Made by a program: the position numbers and the translations under genes. From NCBI GenBank assembly GCA_043228905.1, contig JBHGNT010000008.1, positions 8,618,001-8,682,000 on the forward strand: a stretch of DNA of 64,000 nucleotides. Reading direction: 5' to 3'. The stretch comes from Azolla caroliniana. Lineage: Eukaryota; Plantae; Polypodiophyta. The stretch's first letter is position 1. Every line of letters starts with the position of its first letter. The notes beneath the pieces are model-generated. The model did no database searches. It was not told where the DNA came from and saw only the letters and a program-made list of their open reading frames with translations. Of the stretch, positions 50,348 through 61,569 are shown piece after piece.

Positions 50348-51160
50348 TATGACAATTTGGCCGACTGAGACCAAATTCTTTGTTATGGTCGGTACATGCA
50401 AGACGTTTTTGATGCAAGTTCGTTTACCTTCTTTCCCGGAATGGGACATTGCCGATATGCCAAATCGGATGTGTAGTGTCGTCTCCGGTTTCGACATAAC
50501 CAGATCGATCCGACTCTCATAAGTCTCAGAACCATTCTTGATGAGATGTCATATTGTTCGAAGCACCGGAGTTGATGAACCATACATCTTCTGGACCGGA
50601 GGCACTAATTGAAGTAGAAGCCGACATAGAATTTGCTCTATCTCTCATCGTGAACATTCCGCCATTGTCTTCGTAGTCGGACTTGGTGGCATAATAGGTG
50701 AGTTGTCGGCTTCTGGAGGTCGACTCACGCGTCTTCTTTTGGCATTCTTCTTCGTGGTGGCTGATTTTGCCACAATATCCACACTCGATTCAGTTTTGTC
50801 GGCTTGGACCGGGATGGAAGCTCCCTCTTCTTCCAGATGTTCCTCGATTGTTTCCGCTTTCTTGCCGAAGTTGGGAGTTGTTTTCATAGTTCGGACCATG
50901 TCCGCCTCATCCTTGGCCGAATCGGCCTCTTCTTGCTCGACCGCGTCATCTTCCTCTGTCCGAATGTGTGAAGAGCATTTAGCCTTCTGAGGCATTGCTC
51001 CTTGTTCGAACATGGTTTTGTTCAACCAATAACATTGATTGAAGATCAAAGAAAGAGGGAGGATTCTCCCTTGCTAGGACTACAATTCTCATTGCGTCGA
51101 ACCATGGTGCAAGGTTGCCTAGGCATATTTGCACCATCCCATCATCCTCTACGTTGACAC
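50348..51160 (-). pseudogene. Copia family B gag/protease fragment
   Basis: NVLHVPTITKNLVSVGQIV; CGYCGKISHHEEEC knuckle in another frame. Confidence 0.85.
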
Positions 51161-51580
51161 TTGTTAATAATTAGGTAATTAACTAGGGGTAATTAGGGTC
51201 TAATTATGTGAGTATTGATAAAGCAATGAAAGATTATGTGATTTGTGTGTGTGTATGTGTGTATGTGTGAGAGGAAGAGAGAGAGAGAAAGATACTCTTA
51301 TGAACAATAAATGGGGGATGATTAACAAGAGTGTAGTTAAAGACCTTTCCTCAATATTAATAAGCATAATCAAGTTACAACGATAGCCTCAATGAGGTAT
51401 ATATACATCTCATGTGCAAGGGTGCACATTTGTGAGGAGAATATAGGTACAAAGGTGTAAGTCCTATATTAAATGAACATGTGAGTGCAGGATCTAGAAT
51501 GTATCCCTTTCAAGTACAATATCCTATTTAATGCTTTAAGGTCAACACACTAACTAGATTCTATCTAGGTAGCTACTAAG

Positions 51581-54500
51581 TGTTGAGAACATTGCCATCT
51601 AGTGCGGAACAATGTCAGTACTCCTCCTTTGAGAGATCATTAACAAGTACAAGTGAAGATGATTTACAATTACAAGCAACTAAAATATGTAACACGATTA
51701 GTAGGAATGCAAGAGGAAGACAATAGAAAGTTAGGCACAAGATGACCCCTTTATGCTTAGGCTCAACGGCTCAATATATATAGAATGAACAAATACATCA
51801 ACGCTCAACATAGGTTACAAAGTTAGTTTATATACTGACTAACTTAGGGCATCTGCCCTTCTTAGTATTTACAAAGATGTCCTAAACCTGGTGTGTACAA
51901 ATAGGAAAATGTGAATACGTCCATTAGAGACCTGTATTCGACACTCCCCTGTACTGGGCGTATACATCCGGAATCTGCAATATATGTGAATGATACAGAT
52001 TTGCACAAAGTTGTCAAACAAATCGGATTTTAGTTCAAGTCAAAAAACTCCGAAAAACAGAAGGCCGAATCGATAGAAGTCGTAAGAACTAAGACCGAAC
52101 TTTGAACTATTGATGATGATTGTTCGAAACCATTACAAATGTCTGACTTAATCAGACCGATTATTCGTTCCATCTGTGACATTATTGGGTGTAGATATCT
52201 TCTCGAGGCCGATTTTCCCTAGAATGATGCAGTCCCGAACATAGTGATATCGAACGTCGATATGTTTCGAGGCGTTGTGTTGGACTGGATTTTTTGACTG
52301 AGCGACGGCGCCCTAACTGTCGCTATAGAAAATTGGAGCCAAGTCAGATTTGACTTCTCGAAACGTGTGCGCTAGCCGACCGAGCCATAGAGCCTCTTTC
52401 GCCGCATCGAACACGGCTATGTATTCAGCCTCGGTTGTTGATGTGACAATGCACTCCTGATGTTTCGACTTCCACCAGATTACTCCATTGCCGAATTTGA
52501 AGCAGTATCTAGTTGTTGATTTTCGATTGTCCACATAGCCAACGAAATCTAAGTCGGTGTAACCGACTACGCCTGAGTTTTTGTTCGGGTCAAAAAGAAT
52601 GCCATAGTCTTTTGTAACCACTAGATATCTGAACACGTGCTTTACTTCATTGCAGTGCTCAGTCAGGGTTATGCATGAATCTGATGATGACTCCTACGAC
52701 GTGAGCAATGTGAGGCCATGTCACGGCCATCGCGTACATCAGGGAGCCAACTATCGATGCATACGATACCGAGTTCATAATATCCCCCTCCAAACCGGAT
52801 GTCAGGCAGTCTCGTTGAGACAGTCGAGTGCTAATGGGGAGCTGGGTCGTAGCAGATTTTGCCGATTGCATATTAAAACATTCGACGACACGTCTCATAT
52901 AGTTAGATTGGGACAAAAACAATTGTCTTTGATTTCAATTACGACTAATCGTCATGTTGAGAATGTGTCTTGCCAATCCGAGGTCCTTCATGGGAAACTT
53001 CAACCGCAATTGTCGAACGAGTTCGGCAAGCTCTCCGGCTTGCCGACCGGAGATTAGCATGTCGTCCACGTAGATGATGAGGAAGATGGATCACCCATCT
53101 CGAGTTGTTTTAATGAAGAGATAGTGGTCCTCATCGCTCTTCGAGGGGCTGACCGACTGAATGAAGTCATCGAACTTCTTATACCACTGTCACGGTGCAT
53201 GTTTCAGGCCGTATAGACTCTTCCTAAGTCGGTAGACTAGATGTTCTTGGCCGGGTGCCATGAAGCCTTTTGGCTACTCCATGCAAATTTCCTCTTCTAA
53301 GTCACCATGGAGGAAGGCCATTTTTACATTTAGCTAGATCAGCTCCAAAACTTCAGCTACCACGATGCCGAGCATGAATCGCAGGGTTGTTATTTTTACC
53401 ACTGGGGAAAAGATTTTGTCGAAATAAACGCCATATTCTTGTCAAAACCCTTTCGCAACTAATCTGGCCTTGAATTTTGGAGTGGCCGAATCGGATGTCT
53501 CTTTTAGTCTATAGACCCACTTGCATGGAAGAGCACGTTGATTTTCAGTAATTCGACCAAGTCCCAAGTCTTATTTTGTTGAATGGAGTTCATTTCCGAC
53601 TCCATAGACAGATGCCATGTGGCCGAATCAGCGGATGCTAATGCTTCTTCGTATGACGTCGGTTCTTTGACGTCCGTAAAGAAGATTCCAAGAGAGTATC
53701 TCTCTAGGGGCTACGACAGTCTCTCGAATCTTCGAGGTATGACTGGACTAGTCGCATCAGGTGTTAGGGTCGGATGTTCCATAACCAAGCATTCGACTGT
53801 GTTGAGTCAGTGCTGGAGGTTTTGGCTACCTGTGAGGTTGACCTTGTGGTGTGTTTTGAGCCTTCATGAAGGGTCGGCTCTTCGGAAAAAGTTTCCCTTT
53901 GGACTTCAATAGGCCTTTCGGTCGTCTTATACATAGCCAACTCATTGAACACTACGTCCGAACTTCGGGCGATATGTCTATGGTTAGGGTCCCAGAGTCA
54001 GTATCCGATTTCTCCATCTGGTCCATAATCGAGGAAAATACATTTCTTGGACCTTGGTGAAAGTTTGCGGCGATCATCTTTCGGTATGAGGGCGTACGCC
54101 TCGCACCCAAAAATCCTTAGTTTGTCGTAATTCAGCTTATTGCCTGTCCATAATTCCTAAGGTATTTGAAGTTCTAGAGGCCTGCTGGGCGACATATTGA
54201 TTATGTGTATTGCCGTTAGTAGGGCCTCCGCCCAAAAGCCATCCGACGATATAGAGTGTTGGAGCATGGATAATATCCTTTCCTGAATTGTCTGATTCAT
54301 TTGCTCAGCAATTCCATTCTGCTCCGGACAATAGGGTGCCATATATTCATGTCGAATGCCACATTGTCGGTAGAATCTGACAAATTCTTCAAATTTGAAC
54401 TCTCCCTCATTGTCAGCCCCAAAAGCATTTCAATTTTCAACCAGACTGATTCTCAACCATAGCGAGCCAATCGGAAAAAATCGAGAACACTCGATCTTTG

Positions 54501-56769
54501 GTTTTGATAGGATAAGCCCACACCTTTCAAGTCGAGTCGTCAATAAAGTTGACGAAGTACAGAGCACCACCAAAGAGACTGATGTGGCATAGGGCCACAC
54601 ACGTCCGACTAGACCAAATCGAGTGGATTCGATTCTCTCAGTGCTGATGTCGGATGTGATGCAGCTATCTGTTTGTCGTACTGGCAATGCTCGCAGAACT
54701 GATGATTAGAGAAGGAGAGTTTAGGGATGTATCCGGCTCTAGATAGATGCGTAATGTTGGCCTTGCTAAGGTGTCTGAGTCGTCTGTGCCATAGTGATGA
54801 CATCTATTGTCCGACTGAGATCAATGGTCTTGAGAGCTCAGGTACATGTCGGACATTGTGTAGTACCAATGTAGAGCCACCCGGACGATTGAGCTCTACT
54901 GTGCTGATTCCGATGATAACGCAATGTTGCGAGTTTCCGACTCAAACTAAGCCGGAATGTCAGGTCGAGTATTGCCGAAACTGAGATCGATGAGGGGTCA
55001 CATGATATGAAGCGCCGGAATCCAAGAGCCATGTGCTTGATTCCTCAGTCGTAAGTAGAACTTCTTATTCAACTGGATTCTCAATCGATAGTATGTTCGG
55101 GTCGTTCGACAGTACTTCAGCTGCAGAGCCAACGTAATTGACCTCCTCATGCTAGCCATTTTTCGGATTAGCTCACTGAGCCTTAACATTTTTTGCCTTG
55201 AGTGCACGGTAATCGGCTTTGATATGTCAGAGTTTCTTGCAATAATTGCAGACACAATTATCTTGGGACTTGCTCCGACTTCGCTGGTTGTTAGGTTGTG
55301 TTTGATTGGTCAGTCGAACCTTGTACTCCATACGCGTCATTGGCCGAATCATTTGCGAACAATTTCCTCCGAACTACTTCAGTCAAAATTGCGCTCGTGA
55401 TTGCGGAATATTTAATGGCAATAGTCGACGCATTGCACACTGTGGTGATGAAAGTTTCCAACGAGGCGGGGAGACTGCTCATGAGCAACATTGCTCTTAA
55501 TTCATCTTTGATTTTCATCCCCTAAGTTGCAATTTGGGAGCTTTACCTTTCGTACTCATTCAAGTGTGTCTGGACCGAGTTCGATTCTTTCAGCCGAAGA
55601 TTGCAAAGGCATTGAATCAGATATATCTTTGTGGCGGCTACCTTTTTCTCGTAGGTGTCCGAGAATATCTTCCACAGTTGGAAGGCAGTCGAACACGATT
55701 GCACCGTGAAATACACAGACTCCGAGAAGTGCATCCGAATTGTGGCGCGAACAATTTTGTCCAGCTTCTGCCACTCAATCAGCTTGTATCCTTCAGGAGA
55801 GTTTTCGTTCTCTATTGGATTGATCTGACCCTTCACTATTAGATAGTCCTGCATTTGCTCCTTCTAGAAGTTGATGTTCGATCCATTGAACTTCCTCAGA
55901 CTCATCTCTAACGAGCTGGATGTTGATGTTGATGCCATCCATAGCGGTTTTGGCAGACTATGTTCGAAGTTCGACTACGAATAGTGGTGGAGTGCAGCCG
56001 ACTAGCTCACCCGATATCGTTCTAGTCGGATTTGGACACTAGTCGAATGAACTTCGACTATTGGCAAGTTCGGTCCGAAGTGACTGTAGTCAATTCACTT
56101 AGCCGAATTAGCTGATTTCGATTTCGAGTGTCGATTTTAAGATGCCGATCACAGATTATCTGCCGATTATCCAGGTTGATCCTATTTCGGCTGATTGCAA
56201 CGATGAGAGGGACAGAACCAACTGGTCCTCCTGAATGTCGTTCAACCGAATGAAACACAGATTGGGGTTGTTACCTGGAACCCAAGATACTACAAGTGAT
56301 TACGACGAGTGAGTAAATAGCGTTGATTGACCTATTCGATTGTTGTCTAATCTGATGTAGCATGATTCAGATAGGGTCTTCAAAAAACAAAATTTCACTC
56401 TGAGTGGCTACGATCACAGGGGTAAAGTACAACCAACTAACTGGCTTACTTTAATGGTGATTTAGAATAGTGGAGTGCAGGTTTTGCAGATGTTTCTTCA
56501 TAGAAACAGGATGATCTTGTAAGGAGTTTCCAGCCAAAATCTTCAAGGTGTACTGAGGAAGAGTTACCAACGGAGACTAAGTAGACAACAGTGGTAGAAT
56601 CGAAAACACCAAGCTCTAATACCCAATGTTGAGAACGTTGTTGTCTACAGTAGAACAATGTCAGTACTCCTCCTTTGAGAGATCATTAACAAGTACAAGT
56701 CAAGATTATTTATGATTACAAGCAACTAAAATATGTAACAAGATCAGCACGAATGCAAGAGGAAGAGAA
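51581..56769 (-). mobile_element. Decayed Copia E: 3' LTR 51581-51943, interrupted 5' LTR 56627-56769, ~670-nt leader
   Basis: 51581 onward matches 56627 onward; iMet-type PBS at ~56613-56625; gag MQDYLIVKG, LWHRRL, PEQNGIAE, STTEAEY. Confidence 0.92.
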
Positions 56770-57866
56770 TGTTGAGAACAACTGAATATTGCTCGACCAC
56801 AACCGAGTCTTGAACACTTCGATGAGAATGGAGAACACAGAAATGGGAACTAAAGAGTGAACACAAGATGTTTACGTGGAAAACCCTAATAGGGAAAAAC
56901 CACGGGAGCCCATAGACTTCGAACTATCACTATGAATAAAACGGTTACAATCAGAGACTCGTACGCAATGACCTCGAGCTCTGTATCTTCGCCAGGCGGC
57001 GGTTACAATCGAGTATCACTCTATATCTCTCTCTCCTTCTCTGTCGCTCTCTATACAGTAGTTATACACCTACAATAATATCAACAACCTTACAAAGTGA
57101 TTTCCCTATGTCATATTTATACTTATATGAACTTAAGGCTATTTACAAATATAACTTCAATAGGCTTGCTCAAGACATATTTACAGATATGTCTTCTCTT
57201 CCAGTTCTCATCGGGTCTCCTCCGGTTTCCGGATCTCTTCCGGTTCTCACTGGGTCCTCTTTACTCATCACCGGATCCCATCCGGAGACACCAATTTCCC
57301 AACAATCTCCCCCTTCACTCCGGCATGGGATATCTTGTCAGCCTGATCCGCTTTCAGCAGGCGTCCAGCTTGTTGGTTGTCAGGACCTTGGTCAGCATAT
57401 CCGACCCGTTCTCCTCCGTGTGGATCTTCGTCAACACGAACTCTTGATCTTCTACTCTCTCCCGGATCCAATGGTACCTACGTTGGATATGTTTCATCCG
57501 AGAATGGTAGGCCGCGTTCTTTGCAAGGTGGATGACGTTTTGACTATCGCGGTAGAGCCGGTATTCCTCCTGTTGGATCCCTAGCTCTCCGATGAAGTCC
57601 TTCATCTAGATTATCTCCTTGCTGGCTTCTACAGCTGCCATGTACTCCGCCTCGTGGGTTGACAACGCAACCGTCTTCTACAGCCTCGACTGCCATGATA
57701 CATCTCCCCCTGCATAAGTCATGACATATCCGGATGTAGACCAGTTGGTATCCGCATCAGCCGACATATCTGAATCTATGAATATGTCAAGTTGGGGATT
57801 ACCGGAGCCAAACCGGAGGCACATACTCGAAGTGCCTTTCAGATACTAGAGTATCCACTTGACCGA
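56770..57866 (-). mobile_element. Copia A3 3' part (LTR 56770-57304, RNase H)
   Basis: Family A LTR motif ACGTGGAAAACCC; PPT junction at 57304; NGSDMLTK. Confidence 0.88.
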
Positions 57867-58397
57867 TGTCGCTTTGTTACGCGCGTGCATGTAGCATGAG
57901 GGGGGACCACGGGGGTCTTGGACCGGGGAGCAAGAGAGCAGGAGGGGAGCGAAAAAACAACAACCGTGCTTCACACTCACACAAATACACAGAAACCGCA
58001 ATCCATTAGAACAAGATGAATGCATGTATATTTATATATATATATATCAGATGAAAGGGGTTACAACCGGCGGGCCGATGAGCGACAAACACTGACGCCT
58101 ACACGCACACACGCACACAGACGTGACATGGAGACTCTACCGGAAGCACTCGGGCGTTCCGCAGAGCAGAGTCAGCCTCCCGAAAACCTACACAACGCAA
58201 ACACAGAGAAAGTCGGAGGAGAAGAGCTCGGTCCTAGTCCGACAACACTTTGTCCTCGACAACAGCAATCCCCATTACGATTCCTCTCCCTCTCTTTTAT
58301 AGCCCAAGGAGGGAGACAGTCACAACTCGTTACATCATCTTTACTCTCTGTCCTTTCAAATAGAGATTCACCTCGATTTTCTACCTAACAAATGCGT
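57867..58397 (-). repeat. Partial LTR related to Gypsy D
   Basis: TGTCGCTTTGTTACGC start and GAGCTCGGT..AGTCCGACAACACTT shared with D LTRs. Confidence 0.75.
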
Positions 58398-61300
58398 TGT
58401 CGTGAAGATCCGTCACTACACGCGGATCGTGAGGCGGAACCGTTGGGGTTCTGGACCAGAAGGATTTAGAGTCGATACAAGCTTTGGCGAGAAAGTACTT
58501 AAGATAGATTGGGAAAGAGAGAAGTTGAGATTACACGATTGATTTGAAAACGAATTTCTTCCTCTTAATTTTCATAAAAAAAACCGTGTTTTTTCTCCTC
58601 CCCCTTCCCTCTTTTATAGATGCTCTCATGCATATGATGCATGTGAGGGTACAAGACATGCATAAATTGCATGTTTGCCATTTGGCACTTAAGTATTACA
58701 TGTGGTGCATGCTAACCATGTCACTCATTTTTGCTCTCATGTATGAGAATTTACATGTAAAAGTACAATGATAGAAATATAATTTCAACTAAATAGCATG
58801 GCTTAATAGTAAGTCAATTGACTCCTAACATGGAGGTGCAAGGTTCGAATCCATACTTGCCCTCCTTGTATATGTAAATATGTATATATGTTTATATATT
58901 TATTTATCTAGTCGCCGGACGCCGGTTCGTCGGACATCGGTGCCGGATACCGGTGCCGCCGCCAGATGCCGTCGGTTACCGGTGCCGGATGCCGTCGGAT
59001 ACCGGTGCCTCGCCGGATACCGGTGCCGGATGCCGCCGTCGGATTGCGGTCGGATGCTGTCAGATCACCGACTCCATCGCCGGTCCAGTTTTGGTTGGCC
59101 AAAACCCTTTACGAGTAGCTAGCCACCTCCACTCTTAGTTCAAGTTACCTTGAACTCTCTATGCTCCACACATAGACACAAAGATAATATCTTTTGCTCC
59201 ACCTTATATATGATGAGAGCCGTATTTGTCGTGCCTATGTGGGATATCTCACAATTTTCTCTTTTCTTTTCACAAACTTTATACCCTCATATCTTGACAT
59301 TTAGTTGTCCATTTCTCGTGTAATAAAGTGCATTTGAAACCTCCATCATTTTGTACTTAGATATTAAAAATGTTATCTTCACAATTATTGTATTACATGA
59401 TTCATACTCGATTTCGTACGTTTTATGGGATTTTCACACTATTGCCGAAAATCTTCACGACATCCACCCCCACCAAACCGCACGTCCTCCGGTACGTGCC
59501 AAGAAGAGAAGAAGTGAGATTTCGGCTACGATGATCAATTAGATTCCTCCATGTCTTCATTTTCATCCGCCCTATTATGTTCATCGTCGAGGTAATCGAG
59601 GTCAGGATCCTTGTCTTGTCTTTTCTTGAAAATCTTTACTCTTTTTCCCACAATGGGTACAACCAACCTTGATCCGTCTAGTTCCGCAAGGTGGTATGTG
59701 GCATTATCGTTGGCACTTGTCACCACATACGGCCCGAACCATCTTCTTGCGAACTTCCTTGTTGTACTGTGTTGATTGTCAAGGGTGCTGTCGTAAACCA
59801 AAACCCAATCCCCTTCTTCAATCTTCTTGGGACGAAGTCGATGCGTGTTGTCGAACCGAACTTTGTTCTTTACTCGGGCTGCCTTCATCATCTTTTGCGC
59901 TTTTTCTAAATCTTCAGGTCTTCTTTCAAGTTGCCTTATCCGCGCCGCTAATAACTCTTCTCGGCTCATCTCATTCTCCCACGGTATCGCTACCCATGAG
60001 GCGATCGTCCTTTCGATGGGCATAATCGGCTTTTGTCCATACATAAGCTCTGTCGGCATATACCCTGTCACCGAGCTATGTGTCGTTCTATCGGCCCACA
60101 AGGCATAGGGTAATAATCGTGGCCAATTCCCGACTCGACGGTTGCATGCCCGTACGATGGCTTTAACGATAGGTCCATGCCCTCGCTCGATCTTCCCATT
60201 TGCTTCCGGATTGTAGGCAGTCGTGAGGGAGAGCTTCACGCCTAGTCTTTCGAAGAGCTCCGTCGCTTCGTGCGCGTCCAACTCCCCTCGGTCGGCCACT
60301 ATCTTCCCTACACATCCATATCGGCAAACAACGTCTTCAAGTAAAAATTTACAAACGGCTGAAGTCATCTTATTTGTCAAGGCTCGTCCTTCCACTTGAT
60401 TTGTCAAGTCTTCCCTTGCGAGCGCTAAGTACTTCATTTGTCCCACTCCCATTGGCATCGAGACCAGATCCACCATCCATTTGAAGTGAATGGTGAGTGG
60501 GTATGTCGGCTTTAACTCATCACGATGACGTATATTTGAATATATTTGGCAAGTTTCACATGTGGACACGAAATGGAGTACATCTTTGTACATGCTTGGC
60601 CACCAGTACTTCTCCTTCAATTTTTCGAACGTCGCCCATGTTCCTCTATGACCTGCCCAAGCACTCTCATGGAATTCGGTCATCAGCGTCTCTTGCTCTT
60701 CTTTCTTTACCACCACTCGACGTGGTATTCCTATCCTTCTTTTTGGATGTCGCCAAAGGAATCCTCCCTTCAAGAAGTATCAATAAGCTTTCTTTCGGAT
60801 TCGTAGGGCCTCCTCCTTTGTCAACGAAGCATCTGTCGTCAATGTTCTTAGGAATCTACCGATGAGTAACCACTCTCCTTCGTACTCGTTCTCGTTGAAG
60901 GCGTGGAGGGTTTGCGTGTCCTGGTCTTCCGCCGACAATCGAGCCATCTTGAAGAAGTCGAGGGCGACATCTTCATCTTCCGAAACCATGTTACTTCCAT
61001 TTGAAAATCTTGCCCTCGACAGCATGTCAGCCATGGCGTTCTTCTTCCCTGCGATGTGACGGATCTCTGGGTTTAAAGACTTGATGTAGGCGATCCACCT
61101 TAGCATAGCAAGATCTGGGGTCGCACATCCCGAGACCATTCCGAGAATTGGGAGACAATCTGTCTCTATTATCACTTCTGACCCGATCAGGTAATCTTTG
61201 TCCGTCTTCACTGCCGACACAATACCCCAAAGTTCCCGCTTGACTTGGGCATATCTTTGTTGCTGTTCGCTGAGAACCTTTGCTCCGAACCGGACGGCAT

Positions 61301-61569
61301 ATCGCGCATTATCTTCACCTTCTTGATTGATGACCCACCCGATTCCGGTTGGGCTCGTATCTACGGTCACGTAAATTGGTTTCCCTTCAGCATAGTCGGC
61401 CTTCCTTAGTGCCGGAGCTTCAAGAAGCAGTTTCTTTAATCTTCGCATCGCCTCTGTGTGCTCGTCTCGCCATTCGAACTTTATTCTTTTCTTTAGTAGT
61501 CCATATAACGGTTTGGCGACATGAGCGTAGTGAGGAATCCATATATGATAAAACGCGCACGCTCCAAGG
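58398..61569 (-). mobile_element. Gypsy C2 3' part: LTR 58398-59462, integrase, RNase H, RT end
   Basis: 12-bp termini TGTCGTGAAGAT...ATCTTCACGACA; PPT; ORFs 59535-60773 and 60780-61448 separated by one stop. Confidence 0.93.
58912..59060. repeat. Degenerate GC-rich short tandem repeat (CCGGTGCCGGAT-like) in the C2 LTR
   Basis: Repeated CCGGTGCC/CCGGATAC units. Confidence 0.85.

Noticed and set aside
51152-51547. Solo LTR with CGTTGAC...GTCAACA termini
   Set aside because: Left terminus is explained by host gag codons (VNVEDD) and the host does not rejoin; 51160-51580 left unassigned
58790-58865. Functional tRNA gene
   Set aside because: A/B boxes present but no convincing acceptor or anticodon stems; lies inside an LTR
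60774-60782. Programmed readthrough between RNase H and integrase in C2
   Set aside because: The homolog in D reads KKAYRFF, so TGA is most simply a CGA>TGA mutation
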